Virus record (IMG/VR): IMGVR_UViG_3300028025_001613 | Location: 1 to 52,263 of that record | Source of the DNA: a virus | Taxonomy: Duplodnaviria > Caudoviricetes | Length of the DNA: 52,263 nt | Strand: one strand, 5' to 3' | Shown here: piece after piece, positions 8,561 through 17,283 of the stretch | How positions within the stretch are numbered: position 1 is the stretch's first letter | Layout: each line of letters opens with the position of its first letter | Made by a program: the position numbers and the translations under genes | Notes under the pieces: model-generated | Databases searched by the model: none | Seen by the model: only the letters and a program-made list of their open reading frames with translations | Told to the model about the DNA's origin: nothing

Positions 8561-10072
8561 ATGGCACTAAGAAGTCTCAGTACAGGAAAGCAGTATAAAA
8601 ATGTTTATACCATCCTAGAGAAAGTAAAAAAGGGAGAAATCCAATCTCATTATAAAGACAGTGAAGGTTTGTTTGGTAAACTAAACTTCTATAAAAAGAC
8701 TGATCTTATCAAGCCACACATGCATTATATAGATGAGAAAAGACTAAAAACAGTAGTTGACACTCATATAAATGATGCTAACAATACTAGTAAATACTAT
8801 CAAAGATTTCAAAAAAGTGTAGGATTTGGTAATCTACCAGACGATCAAAAGCCTGACTGGCAAGCATTCCAAAAAAAGATGACAGAAACTTATAAGAAGT
8901 TCCCAACTCATGTAAAGAATGACATCTTTAAAATGTTCTATCATAGAATGGATAAACTAGAATTTGAAGAGCGTACAGATAAAAACTATACACAATATAA
9001 GTTCTTAGAGCGTTCTAATAATCCTGTAGGTAAGATTATGACAGAAACAAGTAGTCTTAAATCAGCTATCTTCACTAGAAATCTAATGCATTATTATATT
9101 ATGCAGATGACTATGATGGAATATATAGATCCAAACGGTGCACAAGAATTAATGAACGGTCTTGGTGGTGATTCAGAATTTGGTAATCAGAATATTGATC
9201 AACTTATGGATAAGATGCTTGATAATAGATTATCTAAAAACATGATGGATGATGCTATACAAGATGCTCAAGATACATGTAAAGCAATGGATGAGTCTAT
9301 TCCACAAGATCTTCAAGATGAGATGTTTAATAACGTTAAAGAAGGTGGTGGTGCAGGTAAACTAAGTCCTGATTATATAAATCAAGTAGCTGCAGATATT
9401 AGAAGAATAAATATGTCCATGGGTTCTCTTAAAGACAAGATTAAGAAGTTAATGGATAAGTCCAAGAACTATTTCTCTGCTAAGAAAGAAACGATTCAAG
9501 AAGACTTATTTAACTCTGATAATATAGCAGGATTAGATGAGTTTGTATTCTTACATCCAAAGCTAAGAAAGTTCATGATTGAAGACATTATGATTAAAGA
9601 TACAAAGTCTATAGGTAAAATTAATATCTATATAGACGTATCTGGTTCAATGTCAGATAGTTGTGGCGTAGGAACTGTTGATGGTACAAGAATAGATAAA
9701 CTAGATTTCTGTAAAGCATTTGCTCTTAAAATGCAAGACTTAGGTATGCTAAATAAGATATATGTATTTAATAATGCTGTAAAAGAACTTAAGACAGATT
9801 TATTTTCAATAGCAAATCTAGGAACTAGTGGTGGAACATCAATTAATGTAGTAGTAGATCACATCAAGAGACATCCTGATAATGCATTAGTTATTACAGA
9901 TGCTGAAGATAGCTGTCATAGCTATTCAGAAAAAGCATTTTTCATAGGCGTTAAAGGAGCAAGATTTGATCACTTTAACAAAGAAACTATGAAAAAGTAT
10001 TCTGAAGCTGGTCAAGCAGTAGTATTTGATGGTGCAAGAATATTTAATGTAGATTCAAAAGGTAAATACTAA
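8561..10072 (+). CDS. vWA-domain protein (MoxR partner, ViaA-like)
   Basis: C-terminal MIDAS DVSGSMS...GGT...ITD. Confidence 0.88.
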   Translation: MALRSLSTGKQYKNVYTILEKVKKGEIQSHYKDSEGLFGKLNFYKKTDLIKPHMHYIDEKRLKTVVDTHINDANNTSKYYQRFQKSVGFGNLPDDQKPDWQAFQKKMTETYKKFPTHVKNDIFKMFYHRMDKLEFEERTDKNYTQYKFLERSNNPVGKIMTETSSLKSAIFTRNLMHYYIMQMTMMEYIDPNGAQELMNGLGGDSEFGNQNIDQLMDKMLDNRLSKNMMDDAIQDAQDTCKAMDESIPQDLQDEMFNNVKEGGGAGKLSPDYINQVAADIRRINMSMGSLKDKIKKLMDKSKNYFSAKKETIQEDLFNSDNIAGLDEFVFLHPKLRKFMIEDIMIKDTKSIGKINIYIDVSGSMSDSCGVGTVDGTRIDKLDFCKAFALKMQDLGMLNKIYVFNNAVKELKTDLFSIANLGTSGGTSINVVVDHIKRHPDNALVITDAEDSCHSYSEKAFFIGVKGARFDHFNKETMKKYSEAGQAVVFDGARIFNVDSKGKY

Positions 10073-11352
10073 AGATTGATTTTAGAACCTACTACCATAA
10101 ATAATAGCATAGGAACTTGGGGATTAGTTGAAAGACTAGTCCTCAATCCTATGTTTAATTTAAAACGTTTAGTAAAAGAATAATCACCGGAAACTCCAGT
10201 GATAAAACCCATATCCTCGGATATAACAAAGTCCTTAGTATCAAACATATACATTACAGGACTCCCTGATACATAAAGTTCAGGAGATAGATTTAGCCTT
10301 CTATTAACAGGAATAGGCTTAGTATAAAATAAAAGAAGATTGTGCATTAGATTGTCTTTACTAAAAGACAAAGTGTAGTTAGCCCCCGTAACACCCCATT
10401 TACCCATAGGGTAGATATAAGCATATGTCAAGAAACTAGATAAGTTTCCAAACATATAAGCTGTAGTAAAACCATAGTTAGATATAGACTCTAACTTCCC
10501 TCCATTGAAATTCATTTTAGTATATCTAGAAGACAGTACAAACTGTTTTAGATTACTCCATACCATAGCACTTACGCCCCAAGAAGAAGCTCCAGTCATA
10601 GAAGACTGAGATATTCCCCCGCTAAGTACCAACGCTATACTAGCGTCAACATTTTGACCTGCAGTGAGATCAGAATTAAATAAAATAGGATTCATCCTAG
10701 CCTGAGTCTTGTTAGAGGATTTAGAATCCTTTTTACTATCAGACTTTTTTTCCTCAGATTTCTTTTCAGATTTAGACTCTGATTTAGATTCTGACTTAGA
10801 CTCAGACTTAGATTCTGAGCTACTAGATGATTCAGAACTTGAAGAACTTTCACCACTAGAGCTGCTACTACTAGATTCTGAGCTTGATCCTTGAGAATTG
10901 CTTGAACTACTAGTAGAGCTACTAGAAGGTGGAGCAGCAGTAGGAGGAGGTGCAGCCGCTGAAGAAGCAGCAGCAGAAGCCGCAGCTGATGCAGCACTAG
11001 AAGCTGCAGATGAAGTAGCTGAACTTACAGCAGCACTTACTGCAGCAGAAACAGCATTGGCTGTAACTTGAGTGCTAGTTTGTGCAGTTTGAGCCACAGA
11101 ACAGGGAGATAATCTACGATAATCTTCATATACTTGATTAATCCAAGTCTGAAATGCACCAGAAGATATATCAGCGGCAGTAAAAGTCCTAGACTTATTA
11201 TAGAACACAATAACAGTGCTGCCAGTAATAGGAATGCTAAACGTACTGACAACTTTAGTACAAGGGTCAGTAAACGTCTGTATAAGAGTTTGACTATACG
11301 CATAACATGGTAGTAATACTACTAAAATTAGTGCAAATATAAACTTTTTCAA
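10069..11352 (-). CDS. Exported protein: signal peptide, Ser/Ala-rich linker, C-terminal outer-membrane beta-barrel-like domain
   Basis: TTG start, MKKFIFALIL...AYS/Q; alternating hydrophobic strands in the last ~200 aa. Confidence 0.75.
   Translation of the reverse strand: MKKFIFALILVVLLPCYAYSQTLIQTFTDPCTKVVSTFSIPITGSTVIVFYNKSRTFTAADISSGAFQTWINQVYEDYRRLSPCSVAQTAQTSTQVTANAVSAAVSAAVSSATSSAASSAASAAASAAASSAAAPPPTAAPPSSSSTSSSSNSQGSSSESSSSSSSGESSSSSESSSSSESKSESKSESKSESKSEKKSEEKKSDSKKDSKSSNKTQARMNPILFNSDLTAGQNVDASIALVLSGGISQSSMTGASSWGVSAMVWSNLKQFVLSSRYTKMNFNGGKLESISNYGFTTAYMFGNLSSFLTYAYIYPMGKWGVTGANYTLSFSKDNLMHNLLLFYTKPIPVNRRLNLSPELYVSGSPVMYMFDTKDFVISEDMGFITGVSGDYSFTKRFKLNIGLRTSLSTNPQVPMLLFMVVGSKINL
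10735..11065 (-). repeat. Low-complexity coding repeats (SESK x4 12-mer, poly-Ser, poly-Ala)
   Basis: Degenerate TTAGA(C/T)TC(T/A)GA 12-nt tandem units and GCA/ACT triplet runs. Confidence 0.85.
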
Positions 11353-11460
11353 TCACTTTAACTTATTTAAGATGAGTAGATTAGATTTAATTAAAGCTGA
11401 AGTTTTAACTCCAGATTTAACAGATCTCATAGCTCTCTTCTTTTTCTTAGCGTTTGCCAT
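11353..11460 (-). CDS. Small basic peptide (35 aa, not in ORF track)
   Basis: MANAKKKKRAMRSVKSGVK...LNKLK* fills the gap between neighbouring genes. Confidence 0.6.
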   Translation of the reverse strand: MANAKKKKRAMRSVKSGVKTSALIKSNLLILNKLK

Positions 11461-11465
11461 AACAA

Positions 11466-12179
11466 TTATTTAGTAAATATACCTTTCTTAATCATACGAT
11501 CTAGGATACGAGCACAAGCTATATCTAATGCTTTCTTAGTAGAAATACTAATAGTAGATTGATTAAATTTAACAGGATCTAAAGCCGCATCAGATAAACC
11601 TGAAGTCTCTTTAGTAGTCTTTGCTTCTCCAAGTCCAGAACCACTAAAAACCACACCAGTTTCAGCATCAGTGAATCTAACTTGTAAACCAATCCTCGTA
11701 ACCATAAGTTGTTTTGTACCATCTTTAAGGCTAACACTTTCATCTTCTGATATACTATAATCATAACATTCAATAGTTACAAAGTATTTAGCAAGATTAA
11801 TCTTACCACGTCCATCTAACTTATTCTCAGAGATACCTGCTTGGGAAGCTTGAAACTGCTTCACCATACGATTTTTAATCTCTGTTTTATCCTCTGTAAA
11901 TTTGAATCTATTAAGATTCTCTAAATATTCCATAGAAATGTTAGCAACTCCTAATCCTACACGCTTTTCTTTAAGCTCCGGATACATTTCATACATTTCA
12001 TCCGATATACCACATTTAAGGATCTGTATAGGTATTTGTGGACCTTCATAGTCTAAAAATTGAGATATGTCAATAGCTTTTTCAAAGCTAGCTTTATAAT
12101 TTTCTGTCTGAGTCTTAGCTATTTGAGCTTTAGTATTTATAGTAAATAGTAAACAAGCTAATATTATAAAATATTTCAT
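11466..12179 (-). CDS. CsgG/HfaB-like exported protein
   Basis: Signal peptide; GLGVANI...LENLNRFKFTE and LQVRFTDAETGVVFSGSGLG fit the CsgG/TolB-N fold pattern. Confidence 0.65.
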   Translation of the reverse strand: MKYFIILACLLFTINTKAQIAKTQTENYKASFEKAIDISQFLDYEGPQIPIQILKCGISDEMYEMYPELKEKRVGLGVANISMEYLENLNRFKFTEDKTEIKNRMVKQFQASQAGISENKLDGRGKINLAKYFVTIECYDYSISEDESVSLKDGTKQLMVTRIGLQVRFTDAETGVVFSGSGLGEAKTTKETSGLSDAALDPVKFNQSTISISTKKALDIACARILDRMIKKGIFTK

Positions 12180-12394
12180 GATTTAGTTTTTAAAGATTTG
12201 GACAGCAAGAAGTATGACAGCCAAAATACTCCTGACAGACAATAGAATATAATATCTGTAGCCCAAAAGCTCCCAGTGTAATCTAAGAGCGTCTTGAACA
12301 GCAGATCGTATCCCAGTGGGAGAAAGAACATTGCTGCCATTAAGCTGACATCCCGTGAGGAACGAAGTATTTTTATTCTCTGTCTTTTGGTCAT
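12176..12394 (-). CDS. Small two-TM membrane protein
   Basis: 72 aa, hydrophobic segments, PLGYD motif; ATGA coupling to the CsgG-like gene. Confidence 0.7.
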   Translation of the reverse strand: MTKRQRIKILRSSRDVSLMAAMFFLPLGYDLLFKTLLDYTGSFWATDIIFYCLSGVFWLSYFLLSKSLKTKS

Positions 12395-12404
12395 CAGAAT
12401 CCAT
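12183..12404 (-). CDS. Overlapping alternative-frame membrane protein (candidate)
   Basis: 73 aa, A-rich leader, C-terminal hydrophobic helix; overlaps 12176..12394 almost entirely. Confidence 0.4.
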   Translation of the reverse strand: MDSDDQKTENKNTSFLTGCQLNGSNVLSPTGIRSAVQDALRLHWELLGYRYYILLSVRSILAVILLAVQIFKN

Positions 12405-12418
12405 AGTGTTTAGTTAAG

Positions 12419-13027
12419 TTAACAATGTTCATCCTTGATTCTACCGCAATGGATACACTCTAAGTCTCCATCACCGTCAGTATCACCCCACTCATGTACA
12501 CACTGTTTATGCTCATGATGCAGGAATTCTAACTTTTCCATCTCTTGTTTATGCTCTTGTTGATCAGCTTCTAAAACCTGACGATGTTCTTGCTCATCTT
12601 TAGAAAGCTCAAACTTTTGTTTGTTCTCAGTAACAGCTAAATCAGAAGCACGCTCTGCAGCTTTAACAAATGCATCAGGAATAGTTGGAGCATATGGTTT
12701 ATTAGACTCTTTCATATCATTAGTATGAGAAAGAGTAGTACCATCTTCTTCATCCATTTTTTGTACAAGCATCTTGTCTTTATCTGTATCAGAGAACCAG
12801 TAATCAATAATCTTACCGTAAGAGCCAATAAAGGCACCTAACAATAACATTAATAACTCTTTCCATTCTCCAGCCATAGTGGCGTTATTAGATACAGCTA
12901 TAAAAATAGCTACAATGATCATCATAAATGATCCTAATACTAACGCTGTAATAAACCAGCGTCTTCTCATCATTGAGCCTAAGAGTTCTTTAAACCCTCC
13001 AGCTTCTGGTTGTTTTTTATCTTCCAT
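12419..13027 (-). CDS. Two-TM membrane protein with coiled coil and C-terminal Zn-ribbon
   Basis: Two TM helices, IIDYWFS motif, CxHxW-DxDxDG-CxxC terminus. Confidence 0.8.
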   Translation of the reverse strand: MEDKKQPEAGGFKELLGSMMRRRWFITALVLGSFMMIIVAIFIAVSNNATMAGEWKELLMLLLGAFIGSYGKIIDYWFSDTDKDKMLVQKMDEEDGTTLSHTNDMKESNKPYAPTIPDAFVKAAERASDLAVTENKQKFELSKDEQEHRQVLEADQQEHKQEMEKLEFLHHEHKQCVHEWGDTDGDGDLECIHCGRIKDEHC

Positions 13028-13054
13028 AAAAGTTTTTTAGTTCTTAATAATACA

Positions 13055-13360
13055 TTACCATTTAGGAGCTTCTTCTTTAAACTCGTCTCCTTCTTTCTTT
13101 TTAACAGGAGCAGCAGGTTTAGCTGCAGCTTCTTTCTCTTTAATGATAACTGTTTTACCACCACTAGCAGCTGCTTGCTGATTAGAATTAGTGATATTAA
13201 TAACAGGAGCTGCTGCAGCAGGAGTTTCTTTTTCATCTCCACCACCTGTTAATTTATTAGTAACAAATCCGCCTACACCTAGTGTAACCGTACTTACTAA
13301 AGTGATAAGAATCCCTTTAAAGGATTTACCAGTTGATTCTTGTTCTACTTCTTCTGACAT
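13055..13360 (-). CDS. Single-TM protein with low-complexity tail
   Basis: 101 aa, TM at about residues 17-33, A/P/K-rich tail. Confidence 0.75.
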   Translation of the reverse strand: MSEEVEQESTGKSFKGILITLVSTVTLGVGGFVTNKLTGGGDEKETPAAAAPVINITNSNQQAAASGGKTVIIKEKEAAAKPAAPVKKKEGDEFKEEAPKW

Positions 13361-13378
13361 AATGTATGTTTTTATAGT

Positions 13379-13750
13379 TTATTTAATTAATATAGGAAAC
13401 TTTACTTCTTTACCGCTAATATCTATGAATATAAAATCATAGTGTTTTTTAGGTAAATCAACTAAGCTATAAGATTTAACAGTTAAACTATCTTTAGCTG
13501 TAAACCCCTCTTTCTTAGCAGGCTCTTCTGAACCAAATGGGATTATCTGTACAGAATACTTAGCTCCTGGAGTTGTTGCAAACTCTGCAGTGACTGTAGT
13601 ACCATTTTGTACAATAGATTTAATACTTGTAGATGTAGATTGTTTACCTAAATCAATTGTTTGAAAAGGTACAGGCTCTACTTTTCTACAACTTGCAACT
13701 ACAATAGTTAGCAAAAATCCTAAGTTCAATAATTTTTCTAATTTATTCAT
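13379..13750 (-). CDS. Lipoprotein with Ig-like domain
   Basis: LTIVVASC lipobox; beta-rich C-terminus reminiscent of T9SS sorting domains. Confidence 0.7.
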   Translation of the reverse strand: MNKLEKLLNLGFLLTIVVASCRKVEPVPFQTIDLGKQSTSTSIKSIVQNGTTVTAEFATTPGAKYSVQIIPFGSEEPAKKEGFTAKDSLTVKSYSLVDLPKKHYDFIFIDISGKEVKFPILIK

Positions 13751-13751
13751 T

Positions 13752-15857
13752 CTAAAAGTTGTTATAACCAGTTAATTTAATTTGTGTAGAATTTAGATTA
13801 ATACCTAATTGATTACCTTTAGCATCACTAGCATCCATAAGAGTTGATACTTTTACAGATGTAATAATATTTACACCTTCACCAATTGTGCTAAACTTAA
13901 GTTTGAATGGTGTACTTACACCAGATAAAGCAACTGATTTATTTTGATCTAATGCTCCAAATTTAACTCTGCCATTATTATCATTTGCAAAAATGTACCA
14001 AGTAGCAGGAATTGTAGGTATAAGCTCTTCAAACTTAATCTTTTTAGGATCGTATGTAAACTCAAACTGTAAACCAGATACATTTAAACCTTTAGTGTCT
14101 AAACCTACAGGTATTTCTATAGTGTTACTTGTAACAGTTAAGTTAGTTAAGTTTACATCTACAGAACTTACATCATATGGAGTGTTGATAAATCCTCCTG
14201 TAGAGAATGTAGACATGTTTCTAAATGCAGTGTTAGTTTGTAAACTATTAACGGCATTAGTTTGTACAGTAGAAGATCCTCCAGAAACAGTTACGACCTG
14301 AGAAGAGTGAGATCTGTTTACATCACCCCATAAAAGATATTTAAGATCTAAAACAGCATTTGTACCAAGAGCCCCTGTAGTTAAATAAGTTCTAGGATAT
14401 GTTATATTTTTCCAGTTAGTAGTATTTATAGCTCCCCATGAACTGTTCACAGAAGTATTAAAACTAGGTTCAGCTTGGAACATATAATCATTATTATTCT
14501 TTCTTATATATACAGAGTATAATGAACTACCATCTACAGCTTTTGGTATAGTAGTAGGAATTTTATACTGAGCCCAAGCAGCATCTTCTGTTATATATTC
14601 TATAGGTCCTGTGTATACATCAAATAATTGTATACTTTTTAAAGTACTAGCTACAGTTCCACTAGGAAACTTTCTCATATCAACATACAAAGTACTATTT
14701 GATGTTCCAACATTAACATATACCCATTCAACTTGACCAGCAAGTGTACGTATTTCAGCTGCATTCCAAGTAGGAATACTCATATATCCCGCACTACCTG
14801 CAACATAAGTACTTGGAAGTTTTGTTAGTGTGTCTATATTAGCTACTTGACCTAGTAATCTAGGTAAGTCACCTCCATCTATCTTTTGGTTTCTGTTAAT
14901 ATCAGCAGCATATAAAGATTGTCCGGTCTTTAAGTTTTGACCGTTAGATCCATCTAATCCCATTGAAGTAAATTCATTCTGAGCTGTAGTAAAATCTGAT
15001 ATAGTAATTGCATTACCATAGATATCATATAATTTATCCATGTCATGCATTAAACTAACTTCATAAACTTTATTAGCAGCTAACTGAGATTGATTTACAT
15101 CTACATCTCCTGTAGAAGTTACAGGAAACATCACTCCAGTATTTGTAACAGTATCTCTAAAAGATACTTTGAGATTAGAAAGATTAAATAAGTTAGAATT
15201 TAAATCCACCTTAGCTGTTACATATTTACCAAAGTTTTGGTTCATAGCTACAGCTGTAGTTAACGGAGCTTCCATTACTGTAGCATCATAAGCACCAGCA
15301 GCAGTCCAACCAGCTACAAAGTTTAGTTTAATAGGATTAAAAGTATATGCTGTAGAAGCAGCTTTAAGTCTAAACTTAATTTTTATAAAGTCACTATAGC
15401 CACTATAAGGCATAGATGAATTAGTAGACCAAGTAAGAGTAACTCTTAATATAGCATAAGGATTAGTATTACTATAGTTGTACTGTGCATATTGATAGTT
15501 AGTAGTACCATTAGTTGTATTATTAGCACTAGATCCTGAGCTCACTGTAAGAAAGTTATATCCAGGATAATCATAATAAGAAAGATTAATAGTAGAACCT
15601 TGAGGAAGAATGCCACCATTACCACCTGTACCAGTATGATTTACAGATACAATCTCAAAATTGTTTCTATCATATTGTAAATCAAATAGTAACTGACGAG
15701 TAGTAGCATTATTCATACCATTACCATAAATTACATAGTCAAACTCACCACCTCTATTAAGAGATGGACCACCTACTGATGCAGCAGCTTTAAACTTCTG
15801 TTGAGCAGATGCTTGAATAACAAATAAAAGAGTAAGAAAAAATAACAGTTTCTTCAT
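13752..15857 (-). CDS. Exported cohesin/dockerin-like domain protein
   Basis: Signal peptide; two cohesin-like segments (LFDLQYD; SGLQFEFTYDP); dockerin-like loops ADINRNQKIDGGD and GDVNRS. Confidence 0.7.
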   Translation of the reverse strand: MKKLLFFLTLLFVIQASAQQKFKAAASVGGPSLNRGGEFDYVIYGNGMNNATTRQLLFDLQYDRNNFEIVSVNHTGTGGNGGILPQGSTINLSYYDYPGYNFLTVSSGSSANNTTNGTTNYQYAQYNYSNTNPYAILRVTLTWSTNSSMPYSGYSDFIKIKFRLKAASTAYTFNPIKLNFVAGWTAAGAYDATVMEAPLTTAVAMNQNFGKYVTAKVDLNSNLFNLSNLKVSFRDTVTNTGVMFPVTSTGDVDVNQSQLAANKVYEVSLMHDMDKLYDIYGNAITISDFTTAQNEFTSMGLDGSNGQNLKTGQSLYAADINRNQKIDGGDLPRLLGQVANIDTLTKLPSTYVAGSAGYMSIPTWNAAEIRTLAGQVEWVYVNVGTSNSTLYVDMRKFPSGTVASTLKSIQLFDVYTGPIEYITEDAAWAQYKIPTTIPKAVDGSSLYSVYIRKNNNDYMFQAEPSFNTSVNSSWGAINTTNWKNITYPRTYLTTGALGTNAVLDLKYLLWGDVNRSHSSQVVTVSGGSSTVQTNAVNSLQTNTAFRNMSTFSTGGFINTPYDVSSVDVNLTNLTVTSNTIEIPVGLDTKGLNVSGLQFEFTYDPKKIKFEELIPTIPATWYIFANDNNGRVKFGALDQNKSVALSGVSTPFKLKFSTIGEGVNIITSVKVSTLMDASDAKGNQLGINLNSTQIKLTGYNNF

Positions 15858-16489
15858 TAATTAAGTTTCTTTACAAGTGAACTACATGCTTTTTTAATAG
15901 CAGTAGATAAATTTTGATTGTTAAATTTACCTCCCTCATCTATAAGAAGAGTAGACATTGATATCTCATCTGCAGATTCTTCTACAAGAATCTTTTTAAC
16001 GAGCTTATCACCTTTATATAAGAATCCTTGTAGTCTGATAACTACAGATTCCTTGTTATTATGTATTATAGAAAAGCTAGATTGTGTTTTTAATACATCT
16101 AGATATACTATATCAACCTTTAAAACATTGTCAGAAGCGTGATCTAAATCATAGCCCTCAGCTTGATACACTTCTTCTAAGACATTCTTTATACCAAACT
16201 CTAGTTTTCTATTACCAGCTAAGTTTCCAATCTGGATCTTGTTAGTAATCATTCCTATAGCAATTGTCTTAGGTTCTTCATACCAAATGTTTCCTGGAGA
16301 GTTTTTAAAAGTTCCATCAAACTTCCATGAAAATTCATTAGACATTTGTTGAAGCTTTTCTTGATTACCAGAAAATTCTAGATATAAAGCATAAGACATT
16401 AAGGATAAGGCAAATACTAACCATAATCCAAATAATGTTAAAAAGCTATATACTAAATATAACTTAGCTTTATCAATAATTGCTACCAT
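15857..16489 (-). CDS. Membrane-anchored protein with CsgG/TolB-N-like alpha/beta domain (putative)
   Basis: N-terminal TM; FGIKNVLEE helix and terminal STAIKKAC parallel the 11466..12179 product. Confidence 0.6.
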   Translation of the reverse strand: MVAIIDKAKLYLVYSFLTLFGLWLVFALSLMSYALYLEFSGNQEKLQQMSNEFSWKFDGTFKNSPGNIWYEEPKTIAIGMITNKIQIGNLAGNRKLEFGIKNVLEEVYQAEGYDLDHASDNVLKVDIVYLDVLKTQSSFSIIHNNKESVVIRLQGFLYKGDKLVKKILVEESADEISMSTLLIDEGGKFNNQNLSTAIKKACSSLVKKLN

Positions 16490-16502
16490 ATTCTATAATT
16501 TT

Positions 16503-16534
16503 AAAAAGAAAAAAGGGTAGAAATTATCTACCCT
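16503..16534 (-). terminator. Rho-independent terminator (minus strand)
   Basis: AGGGTAGA/TCTACCCT stem with an A tract on its left. Confidence 0.7.
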
Positions 16535-16646
16535 GTCCTCTATATTTACTAACTTTTTTAGCCTTGGGGCCAGATGTTTTTGCAGCTTTTCCTCCTTTAC
16601 GCTTGCCAAAACTAATTTTACGACTGTCTGATTTTACTTTAGCCAT
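16524..16646 (-). CDS. Small basic protein ending YRGQGR (40 aa, not in ORF track)
   Basis: MAKVKSDSRKISFGKRKGG...SKYRGQGR*, A-rich leader. Confidence 0.75.
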   Translation of the reverse strand: MAKVKSDSRKISFGKRKGGKAAKTSGPKAKKVSKYRGQGR

Positions 16647-16663
16647 TGTGGTTTTTTTAAATA

Positions 16664-17281
16664 TTATACAAGTAGGGTGTGAAACTCTTTAAAATGCTTG
16701 ATACGATCAGCAAGACCAATAGTACCACCATTAACTCTTTTAGTGATCTTAGTAACTACTTCATCAGAAGCTCCTGTATCAGCAATTTCATTAAGCTTGT
16801 TCTTAGACCAGAACCAAGCAGCTGAAGATAGAGCATGTGTTGAAGCTACTGAATCAGGATTAACTGACATATCTACACCAATTGATTTACCAAATGCTGT
16901 ATAGTTATCTTTACCAGTTAACTGGATATATCCACGACCTCTAAATTTATAACCATCACCTGATGCTTCAGGACCGTTACCCATACGTCCACCATATACA
17001 AGATTAGCAATCTTCTCAGGCTTCTTAGCATACGCTGCAGCCTTAGGTTCATCAACTGTACCATCAGGACGCTTAAAATATTTCTTAAATATTCCTGTTA
17101 ATCCTTTAGCAGAGTAATTAAGGTTTTCTTGTGTAACTCTAAAGCCACCAGATTCATGACCAGCTTGAGCTAAAAAATGTGCTAGACGCAATGGAGTTTT
17201 AATACCAAACTTTTCTTGTATAGAAGGAATCTGAGCAATAACTGTGTCAGGAACATGTCCTTTTAAACGAGATAAGTCCAT
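16664..17281 (-). CDS. Endolysin, glycoside hydrolase family 19
   Basis: AHFLAQAGHES, ENLNYS, FRGRGYIQLTG, SAAWFW, VNGGTIGL. Confidence 0.93.
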   Translation of the reverse strand: MDLSRLKGHVPDTVIAQIPSIQEKFGIKTPLRLAHFLAQAGHESGGFRVTQENLNYSAKGLTGIFKKYFKRPDGTVDEPKAAAYAKKPEKIANLVYGGRMGNGPEASGDGYKFRGRGYIQLTGKDNYTAFGKSIGVDMSVNPDSVASTHALSSAAWFWSKNKLNEIADTGASDEVVTKITKRVNGGTIGLADRIKHFKEFHTLLV

Positions 17282-17283
17282 GA

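Noticed and set aside
10735-11065. CRISPR-like or DGR repeat
   Set aside because: In-frame low-complexity coding repeats with no spacers, and no reverse transcriptase in the window
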